32,642 nt of DNA, from the IMG/VR virus record IMGVR_UViG_3300013114_000348, positions 1 through 32,642 of that record. One strand, 5' to 3'. The notes below the pieces were generated by a model. The model had not been told where the DNA came from and did not search any database. It worked only from the letters and a program-made list of their open reading frames with translations. Of this stretch, positions 25,878 through 32,642 are shown piece by piece; position 1 is the first letter of the stretch; every line of letters starts with the position of its first letter. Made by a program: the position numbers and the translations under genes. The stretch is from a virus. Its lineage: Duplodnaviria; Caudoviricetes.

Positions 25878-26189
25878 TTAAAATGCCAAGTCATCATTGA
25901 GGTCGCTGTCAAAATCCAAGGTATCCTCCTGATAACCTTTGTTCTCTTCTGTGCTTGAATCCCCAATCCAGAAGATTTTGCCATTACCACAAATCGGGGT
26001 CTTGATCTTGTTTTCTCTCTCCTCCTGAGTCTTGCTATGGGTGATCATCCCGTGGTCTCCATATTTGCCTGGTTCCTTATCATTCAAGAAACAGGTCAAA
26101 TCCAAATACTTTTGTCCCTTTTTGCCTGGTACTAGACGATTCTTGTCTATTTTCGTCACATCGATGTTTAAGCTAATTCCAATATTCAT
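25878..26189 (-). CDS. Putative single-stranded DNA-binding protein
   Basis: 'IDVTKIDK...GKKGQKYLDL...KYG...PICGNGK' small beta protein with acidic SSB-type tail DDLAF; sits next to the exonuclease and annealase. Confidence 0.7.
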   Translation of the reverse strand: MNIGISLNIDVTKIDKNRLVPGKKGQKYLDLTCFLNDKEPGKYGDHGMITHSKTQEERENKIKTPICGNGKIFWIGDSSTEENKGYQEDTLDFDSDLNDDLAF

Positions 26190-27241
26190 ACTCGTTCCTC
26201 GTTTGGTTTAATCTGAATCTGTCTCGCCCCTGTCTCCCGACGAAAATCTTCAATGTCTTTGTCAAATTTGTTGAGCAGGATGCTCTCGCCACCGATAAAT
26301 TCAAATGCAGTTTTGAAATCAATTGGTGGTGTTTTATTGACAAGCTTTAAGGTGGTGGAGCCATTCGTCACGCTGCTTTCATACCTGTCCGCTATCACGT
26401 TTTTTAACTCGCCAATCTGTTTGTTGATTAGAGTGATTATTTCTGTTTCGTCGGCTATGCGATTGGTCACGTTCAGCAATCTGTCGTGCAAACGGCTCAG
26501 TTTATCCATGTCCTCATCCCTGACCAGCCGAGCCTCTTCGTTGGCTATCGGCTGGAGGTGTTTCCTCTGGAGTGATGGATCTTGGAATTGATTTTGGATT
26601 TCGTTAAACCATTCGTGAAACAAGTCAAGTCTTCGTACCTTCCCTTTTCTGGGATTTGGCAATGTTCTGGCGCTTACTTCCTCACCAAGAAAATCAGGGT
26701 GACGCTCGACTCTCTCTATTTTAAAAACATCATCAGAGAGATAGCAGATAAAATCGGTCCAATCCGTATCGGTCACTTCCATTCCCAGGTAGACCTGATA
26801 GAGGTACATCAGTTTCTTTTTATCAAAGATGCTATATGGAACCCTGGTCCATTTTGGGTATGGACACTTAGCTTCAACCATCCCATCCAAGCCTACTAGC
26901 CCGTCTGGACTTCCAGCCAGCCAATTATGTTCAGGATGGACCACCAAGCCAGTAGCGGTAATCTTGTAGCCTTGTTCGCGCTCAAGGCAAGCTAGAGCAG
27001 CTGGTTCAGTGTCAGTACCATGCTGGACTGCTGGGACCATTACAAACTCACTGTCGGCTCCAGATAAGGCGCGAACTTCTCTGCGCACAGCTTCTTGAGT
27101 AGTTAGGTAAGGATGCTTTCCTTCCCAAACCAGGCAATCGCTTGCTCTAATTTTCCCCGCTCTGGCTTTGAGCCATTCACTGCTGCCCTGTTCAGGCATA
27201 GGGTTCCAGGATTGGTCAGGCACAACTAGCTGTCTATTCAT
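26186..27241 (-). CDS. YqaJ / lambda-exonuclease family recombination nuclease
   Basis: QGSSEWLKARAGKIRAS, GTDTEPAA, LAGSPDGLV, EAKCP and YLYQV motifs; C-terminal coiled coil. Confidence 0.92.
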   Translation of the reverse strand: MNRQLVVPDQSWNPMPEQGSSEWLKARAGKIRASDCLVWEGKHPYLTTQEAVRREVRALSGADSEFVMVPAVQHGTDTEPAALACLEREQGYKITATGLVVHPEHNWLAGSPDGLVGLDGMVEAKCPYPKWTRVPYSIFDKKKLMYLYQVYLGMEVTDTDWTDFICYLSDDVFKIERVERHPDFLGEEVSARTLPNPRKGKVRRLDLFHEWFNEIQNQFQDPSLQRKHLQPIANEEARLVRDEDMDKLSRLHDRLLNVTNRIADETEIITLINKQIGELKNVIADRYESSVTNGSTTLKLVNKTPPIDFKTAFEFIGGESILLNKFDKDIEDFRRETGARQIQIKPNEERV

Positions 27242-27788
27242 GATTGAGTCCGTCCGTCAATTTCCACATACGCACACTTCCATCCGACTGCGTTTGCTGG
27301 CGTACTTTCATTCCTCTTGAACAAGCAAATCTGCGAACCGACATTCCCGTTTTTCTGTTTTTCAGGGTCAAGGATTCGCCAACTGGCAGCTGTAGAAAAA
27401 GCTTGCTGAATTTGCCAGCCCGTCTTCCAGGTCTGATTTCTGGAGGGGGAGCAGGGTTTCCATTCCAATTCAAATTGGAACTCGTCTGCTTCAATATCAT
27501 TCCAACTTCCGGTCTGCTATTGATCCAGCAAGAAATTTCAGAAAAGCGATAACCAGTCGCTAAAACGTCTGCACCGTCTTCGTCCCGCTGCATTCCCAGC
27601 GCCACTTTGAATGGAAAATTGCCTTCTTTAGTCCATCTGGCAATTGACGATTTATCAGCGCCAGTGATTTTGATCACATCGTCTTCCGTTAGAATTTTTT
27701 CGTGCAGCTCGTCGAATTTAGAAACTCTCAGCTCATAGCTATTTGCAACATCTGTTGCCCACACGTCTTGCTCTCTCTGTTCGCTCAT
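27234..27788 (-). CDS. AlpA/excisionase-like HTH fused to a second small DNA-binding-like domain
   Basis: KILTEDDVIKITGADKSSIARWTKEGNFP...GYRFSEISCWI is the AlpA pattern. C-terminal domain FLQLPVGESLTL...GSVRMWKL. Confidence 0.75.
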   Translation of the reverse strand: MSEQREQDVWATDVANSYELRVSKFDELHEKILTEDDVIKITGADKSSIARWTKEGNFPFKVALGMQRDEDGADVLATGYRFSEISCWINSRPEVGMILKQTSSNLNWNGNPAPPPEIRPGRRAGKFSKLFLQLPVGESLTLKNRKTGMSVRRFACSRGMKVRQQTQSDGSVRMWKLTDGLNHE

Positions 27789-28411
27789 TTCTTACTCCTT
27801 TTTTTTAATTCGCTTAGATAGTCCTGTTGTCGGTTAGGATTGCTATCGGTTAATCCCCTGGTCCGAAGGGCATTTTGGAATGTTTCAAAATATTTTTTGG
27901 CTTGGGGAAGGGTCTTCGCTGACATAAATTTGTCGTGGTTAGACTCCCATATCGAGTCGGGTGTTTCTGGTTCTTTTTCTGGTTGTTCAGGTTTAGCAGA
28001 TACGGGAGCATCGACAGACAGTGCGTTGTCCTTGTCCCACAAAGAATGAAACAACCCAAACTCAGCGAGAGCCTTCACTCTGCAACGCTGCTTCGCGGAA
28101 TTAATATCCCATGAGCTTGGGTTGGTAATTGCTTTTAAATTTTTATAGACGGGAAGGCTGGTAATATTGGTATGACCTTCGACGGTCATCTTGCAGCGAA
28201 CCTCAGCAGAGCCATCATCGAAGTAATGGACTTCTCTACCAGTCGCGTCTTCGGAAAATTCCCAGGTATATTCAGGATACTGGTCCATCATGACTGCGTG
28301 GCAAACCATCCAGGGAATGTATTCCACTCCGCCAAATTTTTCAGTGGTTAATTTTTTTGAATCAACTTTCGAGAGTTTCGCCCAAATATCGGCGCGGGTA
28401 ATATCATCCAT
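27785..28411 (-). CDS. Sak3/DUF1071-like single-strand annealing protein
   Basis: IWAKLSKVD...EK..G..YIPW...YP, LPV...AITNPSSWDINSAKQRCRVKALAEFGL. Start is ATG 28411 or GTG 28417. Confidence 0.85.
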   Translation of the reverse strand: MDDITRADIWAKLSKVDSKKLTTEKFGGVEYIPWMVCHAVMMDQYPEYTWEFSEDATGREVHYFDDGSAEVRCKMTVEGHTNITSLPVYKNLKAITNPSSWDINSAKQRCRVKALAEFGLFHSLWDKDNALSVDAPVSAKPEQPEKEPETPDSIWESNHDKFMSAKTLPQAKKYFETFQNALRTRGLTDSNPNRQQDYLSELKKRSKK

Positions 28412-28440
28412 GAACACATTTCCGTGTAATTTGAAATGAT

Positions 28441-28470
28441 ATTATATATCTTTGAACGAAAAAACAACAC
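28441..28470 (-). promoter_or_regulatory. Probable sigma70 promoter of the recombination operon
   Basis: Perfect TATAAT on the minus strand (28446-28441) about 30 nt upstream of the start; the -35 is poor (TTGTTT at 15-nt spacing). Confidence 0.5.
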
Positions 28471-28480
28471 TATAGATTAA

Positions 28481-28993
28481 TTATTGTTTAGCGATATTGT
28501 GCTGGGCGATAGCTAGAATATCGCTATCGCTGTCAACAAATCTTTGAAGAACGCCTAGATCCATTATCGTGATGACCCATGTCTTAGTCTTCGCCTCATG
28601 TATAGAATCCGTGATATACATGCTAGCCGGATAAGTCCCTATGTGCGTTGAGCGCACTATATGGTTCTCTGTTTCCTCTAGCGAGTATAACTCTTTAATT
28701 AATGAGTAAATGGACGGAGCGAAAAATCGAAATTCTTTCGCTGATTCGGGAAATATAGCCTGAGTCCTATTTTCAATGAATCTTCTCATTTCTGGGCAAA
28801 CTTGGATAATTCGCCATTCGTTATCAATTACCATTAACTTGCAAATTGCTGAGTCAGTGTGGTGATAGGTGCTTGTTTCTTGCCATTTATTTCCTGTCGT
28901 TCGATAACAGGCTTTGTTTTTTTCGTTATTTTTATCGCTCATGTAACTTTTAAATTTAGCAAATACTTCTTCATCTGTTGGCGCTTGAATCAT
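28481..28993 (-). CDS. Hypothetical protein with a PAS-like domain (170 aa)
   Basis: Start MIQAPTDEE with GGGACGGA RBS, overlapping the repressor's 3' end. LMVIDNEWRIIQVCPEMRRFI and WVITIMDL resemble PAS N- and C-terminal signatures. Confidence 0.5.
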   Translation of the reverse strand: MIQAPTDEEVFAKFKSYMSDKNNEKNKACYRTTGNKWQETSTYHHTDSAICKLMVIDNEWRIIQVCPEMRRFIENRTQAIFPESAKEFRFFAPSIYSLIKELYSLEETENHIVRSTHIGTYPASMYITDSIHEAKTKTWVITIMDLGVLQRFVDSDSDILAIAQHNIAKQ

Positions 28994-29417
28994 TATTTCC
29001 GTCCCTTGTCTCGTTTTTGAAGAGTGCCACGTTGGCGATGAATTTGACCCCTGCTGCCTCATCATGCAGGATCATGGATGCCAACTTTTCAAACTGTGAG
29101 GAGGTTAAAACCCAGTTCTGTTTTTGCTGGAAATCCAAAATAAGACGAATGCTTTTTAATATACGGCTCAAGGAATAACGGCTATCCTCCTGCTTATTTT
29201 TTTGGGCGGTGACCCACTCTTCAACCGTAAATCCGTAAAATTCCGCCACTTGCAGAGCAAGAGGCACGTTTTTTGGTAGACTGCCTTTTATCCATGCTTG
29301 TGCGCTGGCTGGGCTAACTCCAACATCCTTTACAATCGCTCTAGCTCGCCCATAGTCCTGCGTCCCAGCTGCATCCAACGCGGCTTTAAAAAAAACGGCG
29401 CGGTCCTCTTTTTTCAT
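28971..29417 (-). CDS. CI-like XRE/HTH repressor without an S24 autoprotease domain
   Basis: GRARAIVKDVGVSPASAQAWIKGSLP...VAEFYGFTVEEW HTH; short helical C-domain; GAGAGG RBS; divergent from the replication genes. Confidence 0.82.
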   Translation of the reverse strand: MKKEDRAVFFKAALDAAGTQDYGRARAIVKDVGVSPASAQAWIKGSLPKNVPLALQVAEFYGFTVEEWVTAQKNKQEDSRYSLSRILKSIRLILDFQQKQNWVLTSSQFEKLASMILHDEAAGVKFIANVALFKNETRDGNNDSSANR

Positions 29418-29448
29418 GTTTGCCTCTCTTTTTTGATTTGTTGTTGTC

Positions 29449-29457
29449 TTTATAGCA
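29449..29457 (-). promoter_or_regulatory. Extended -10 promoter for the repressor gene
   Basis: Minus strand TG-C-TATAAA, about 30 nt upstream of the ATG. Confidence 0.5.
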
Positions 29458-29476
29458 CAGCTTTGGATATCGTAGT

Positions 29477-29496
29477 TACTGATCGTTTATACAGTA
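29477..29496. promoter_or_regulatory. LexA (SOS) box
   Basis: TACTGATCGTTTATACAGTA is CTG-N10-CAG with TA flanks; consensus is TACTGTATATATATACAGTA. Confidence 0.7.
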
Positions 29497-29529
29497 AAAA
29501 GTTTCTCTAAATTATTTTCGCTATATATC

Positions 29530-29558
29530 TTGAGTTATTTCTTTTGCAGTACTAGTAT
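29530..29558 (+). promoter_or_regulatory. Rightward sigma70 promoter for the replication operon
   Basis: TTGAGT-N17-TAGTAT. Confidence 0.55.
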
Positions 29559-29592
29559 CTGGTCTCACATGGACGAATTTAAGGAAGGCGAG

Positions 29593-30333
29593 ATGCTGTG
29601 GAGACCCAGATTACCAAATAAGAATTTTGTTATCGTTCCAAATGAGCTTGCCAGATGCAAGATAAAGCCAGAGGCTATTGGCGTTCTTGTTTACCTCCTG
29701 TCTCACCGTGACGATTGGCGGATCACCAATAAAGCGATAGCTAATCATTTTAACATTACCACATCCAGGGTGACCAGGATCGCTGACGATCTTGTACAAG
29801 CAGGATACGTCACGAAATACAAGACAGAGGAAAATAAATTCGATTGGCTTGTCACGATCTTTCCAGACGCATCACCTCTGTGGACCAGAGATAAAATTCT
29901 AGCTTGCACAACAAGCAATCCCAAAAATGTAGATCAGACCAATGTTGATCCCAAAATTGTTGATCCCAAAAATCGTCAGCTAAGTAATAATATAGATAAG
30001 AGAATACTATCATCTAAAGAAAACGAAAAAGAAAAGAAGACCAACTCCCTCCCGAACAAACTTGAGTCTGCCTGTCCTGAAGGCGTTCCACTCAGCGCTT
30101 GGAGATCGTGGTGGAAATACAAACGGGGCAACCGAACCCCTTCTGACCGGATGATCAAAGAACACCGTATTTACTTTGCCGAATTGGTCAGGGCTGGGCA
30201 TACCCAATTTGACACCATTGTTGATCTTGCCATCAGTCGCAAGTGGGCTGTCCCTGGCAAGCCAAGCTGGTCTGCGATCAAAGAGCTAAAACAGGAAAAC
30301 GAAGACCTTCAAATCCTGGGGCTAATCGAGTGA
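29593..30333 (+). CDS. Phage replication initiator (N-terminal winged HTH, lambda-O-like organisation)
   Basis: AAGGAAGG RBS before ATG 29593. NFVIVPNE...EAIGVLVYLLSH..DW...L..AGYV winged HTH, central repeat linker and C-terminal 'PEGVPLSAW..W..Y' domain. Confidence 0.82.
   Translation: MLWRPRLPNKNFVIVPNELARCKIKPEAIGVLVYLLSHRDDWRITNKAIANHFNITTSRVTRIADDLVQAGYVTKYKTEENKFDWLVTIFPDASPLWTRDKILACTTSNPKNVDQTNVDPKIVDPKNRQLSNNIDKRILSSKENEKEKKTNSLPNKLESACPEGVPLSAWRSWWKYKRGNRTPSDRMIKEHRIYFAELVRAGHTQFDTIVDLAISRKWAVPGKPSWSAIKELKQENEDLQILGLIE
29917..29976 (+). repeat. Four 15-bp tandem iteron-like repeats (probable origin)
   Basis: AATCCCAAAAATGTA / GATCAGACCAATGTT / GATCCCAAAATTGTT / GATCCCAAAAATCGT, followed by an A/T-rich tract to ~30040. 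Confidence 0.75.
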
Positions 30334-30488
30334 GCAACCGCAGAGGACATGCCAGTTCAGGCAAAAAAGCAAAAAAATTCAGGAATTTGGTGGCTAAAAG
30401 AGCTTTCAAATACAACAAATGTTTAACGCATGTAGACCGGAAGAAGCGTAACAAGGCTGGATACATGAAGCACAGAGATCAGAGCTAA
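30330..30488 (+). CDS. Small, very basic protein (52 aa; resembles DUF7230-like phage proteins, from recall)
   Basis: GTGA overlap with the initiator stop and TAATG overlap with the primase start. Sequence NLVAKRAFKYNK..THVDRKK..KAGY.KH. Confidence 0.65.
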   Translation: MSNRRGHASSGKKAKKFRNLVAKRAFKYNKCLTHVDRKKRNKAGYMKHRDQS

Positions 30489-32320
30489 TGGATATTAGAG
30501 ATTTAAAAAACCACTTGAACCAACACGCTGCACAGATTTGCCTGGAGACGCTGCCAGAAGGGAAAAAGGAAGGTGATTGTTGGAAGGTTGGATCAATCGA
30601 TGGCGAGAAGGGGCGCTCGTTTAGTTGCCAATTGTCAGGCGCAGATGCTGGTAAGTGGATCGATTTTGCAACGGGTGACCACGGAGATTTACTTGACCTA
30701 ATCTCGATCACGCAAAAGATCAATTTGCAAGAAAGTATGACCTGGGCTAAACGCCGTTTCGGAATTAAAGAAACAGAACAGCAGCGAAAAATTGCTCCAG
30801 CAAAAAAAATTACCGCGAAAAAAGCATGGCTCCCCCAAGCAGACTCAGCCAGTCCCAATCTTCACAATTTCTTGGATAGCAGAGGATTCACAAATCTGGG
30901 CGAACTGGTTGAGAAGTGGAGAATCTACGAGTCCAAAGAAATGAAAACGAAGGGGAGCGATTTAATATTTCCATTTTTTCATATCGATGGGACCGTTCCA
31001 TTTTGCAAGAGCAAGCCGCTGAACTACGAGGGTTCGCCTCGTATCACATCACCGGAACAGAAGCCGATTCTGTACGGGTGGCATACTATCCCTGAATCAG
31101 TCAGAGAAATATTAATTTGCGAGGGCGAGTTGGATGCTATCGCTGCAACTGAGCTTGGGTTATTCGCACTAAGCGTCCCTGCTGGAGCCTCTAACTTTAA
31201 GTGGCTCCAGACTGAATTCCACAATCTGGACCGATTTGAGCATATTGGTGTTGCCACCGATCAGGATGAGCAGGGCGAAAAATGCGCTGCAACTTTAATC
31301 CGCAAGCTGGGTGATCGTGCTTTCCGTGTCAACTGGGAAGGAGGAAAGGACATCAATGACCTTTTAATGAAGTTTGGCGCAGACAAAGCGCGGCTCATTG
31401 TTAAAAAAGCGATAGAGGACAGCAAATGGGTTGATCCAGAACAACTCAAAAGCGTACTGGATTTTAGAGAGGATCTTGACACATATTTTGACGTGGTTGA
31501 CACCACTGGATTCCGCGCTGGCTGGGAAAAATTGGACAATAAAGACTTCCGTTTTAGACCAGGGGAGTTGTGGGGGATCGTCGGATATAACGGATCAGGC
31601 AAGTCATTGTTTATCGGGCAAGTCATTTTAAATTGCATCGAACAAAAGCAGAAGTGCTTGATAGCAAGCATGGAAATGAAACCCCCCAGGTTGCTGGGGC
31701 GGATAATGAAGCAAGCCGCTGGTAGCGGAAGACCTCCGCAGCCATACCGGAACAGTCTGCTCGACTGGATGTCGCAATATCTGTGGCTATTTGTGGATGA
31801 CCTCACGCCCCGTTTTGAGGACCTGATCAAGACTTTCGAGTACGCCTACAAGCGCTATGACATAAACGTATTTGTGGTGGATAGCCTGACCAATTTGGTA
31901 GGTCAGGATGACTATGCGCGGCAACAAAAAATCCTCGAAGCGCTGGTTAATTTCAAACTGAAATACAACATCACTATATTTTTGATCACCCATGCCAGGA
32001 AAGGCGAGAACGAGTCGAAAGCTCCAAACAAATTTGATGTCAAGGGCAGTGGGTCCATAAGTGACCTTGCCGATGGCTTCATGTCGGTCTGGAAAAACAA
32101 AAAGAAGCTGGATCATCTCGAAACGTGTGAACTGCTGGGGCGCGAACCAGATTCTCAGATAGCCCAAGGATGGGATTTTTATCTACATGTTTTGAAAAAC
32201 AGGAACGGCAGCTTTGAAGGTCAGGTTGGATTTGACATGCATGGTGACAGCCTTCAGTACCACGGCAAGCGTAATGCCCCCTCGCGCCAATATATCAAAT
32301 ACAGCAAGGAATCCACATGA
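30488..32320 (+). CDS. Primase-helicase (TOPRIM + SF4/DnaB-type helicase, T7 gp4/Twinkle-like)
   Basis: ICEGELDA, ATDQD and KDIND TOPRIM motifs; Walker A GYNGSGKS; SMEM; Walker B FVVDSL; ITHARK; KGSGSI; KNRNG. Confidence 0.95.
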   Translation: MDIRDLKNHLNQHAAQICLETLPEGKKEGDCWKVGSIDGEKGRSFSCQLSGADAGKWIDFATGDHGDLLDLISITQKINLQESMTWAKRRFGIKETEQQRKIAPAKKITAKKAWLPQADSASPNLHNFLDSRGFTNLGELVEKWRIYESKEMKTKGSDLIFPFFHIDGTVPFCKSKPLNYEGSPRITSPEQKPILYGWHTIPESVREILICEGELDAIAATELGLFALSVPAGASNFKWLQTEFHNLDRFEHIGVATDQDEQGEKCAATLIRKLGDRAFRVNWEGGKDINDLLMKFGADKARLIVKKAIEDSKWVDPEQLKSVLDFREDLDTYFDVVDTTGFRAGWEKLDNKDFRFRPGELWGIVGYNGSGKSLFIGQVILNCIEQKQKCLIASMEMKPPRLLGRIMKQAAGSGRPPQPYRNSLLDWMSQYLWLFVDDLTPRFEDLIKTFEYAYKRYDINVFVVDSLTNLVGQDDYARQQKILEALVNFKLKYNITIFLITHARKGENESKAPNKFDVKGSGSISDLADGFMSVWKNKKKLDHLETCELLGREPDSQIAQGWDFYLHVLKNRNGSFEGQVGFDMHGDSLQYHGKRNAPSRQYIKYSKEST

Positions 32321-32642
32321 TTGAACAGGAAGAATTTGCACAGGGAATTCGAGACGCTGGTGCTGAAGTTGCCGCTGCTGAAATCGATTTAGCGAGAGCA
32401 GAAGCGCTGGAAAAACAGACCTTTGCCAAACTCATGATGATTGGTGAGCATCAGGGGAATAAAACAGCTGCTGCTCAATCCCGATACGCGGATGAGACCG
32501 ACGAGATGTTCCAGGCTCGACTGAACAGAGGTCAGGCTAAAGGATCTCTTGCTGCCGCTAAAGCTAACTACCTCGCAGCGGAAGTTGAGTTTAAAGCCTG
32601 GCAATCCAAGCTTGCGTCTACCCGATTTGAAAAACGAGTTTA
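32317..32642 (+). CDS. Helical coiled-coil phage protein (possibly UvsY-like), 3'-truncated
   Basis: ATGA overlap and AAGGA RBS. MIEQEEFAQGIRDAGAEVAAAE...KTAAAQSRYA...EFKAWQSKLASTRFEKRV stays open to the window end. Confidence 0.6.
   Translation, partial: MIEQEEFAQGIRDAGAEVAAAEIDLARAEALEKQTFAKLMMIGEHQGNKTAAAQSRYADETDEMFQARLNRGQAKGSLAAAKANYLAAEVEFKAWQSKLASTRFEKRV

Noticed and set aside
28994-29065. Longer start for the PAS-like ORF (and the TTG 29530 start for the initiator)
   Set aside because: These extensions lie inside the repressor gene or the promoter. The downstream ATGs have proper RBSs.
32389-32604. 71-aa minus ORF at the window end
   Set aside because: It is the shadow of the coupled + strand ORF starting at 32317.

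Overview
This is a 32.6-kb internal segment of a tailed dsDNA phage, most likely a temperate podovirus-like phage of a Gamma/Betaproteobacterium. The host guess rests on a CTG-N10-CAG LexA box and a CsrA-like gene. Bases 1-23882 (+) are the late/virion operon: a 5'-truncated tail fibre with an S74-type chaperone, small fibre-accessory genes, a holin, a tail nozzle-like protein, a ~2080-aa repeat-rich fibre, ejection-protein genes and a 2455-aa polyvalent protein. Bases 23854-29417 (-) hold a tyrosine recombinase, a CsrA-like protein, SSB, YqaJ exonuclease, AlpA/Xis-like protein, Sak3-like annealase, a PAS-like protein and an HTH repressor. Bases 29593-end (+) hold a replication initiator with iterons, a primase-helicase and a truncated ORF. 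The strongest novelty candidates are: (1) small +1-frame genes with their own RBS nested inside the giant polyvalent gene, each directly behind an enzymatic domain, possibly cognate immunity proteins; (2) an unusual regulatory set made of a non-cleavable repressor, a PAS-like partner, a LexA box, a tandem CsrA-like protein and GGA-loop hairpins on the integrase leader; (3) a 14-bp inverted repeat bracketing an integrase that lacks an arm-binding domain. All family calls come from motif recognition by eye; no searches were run.
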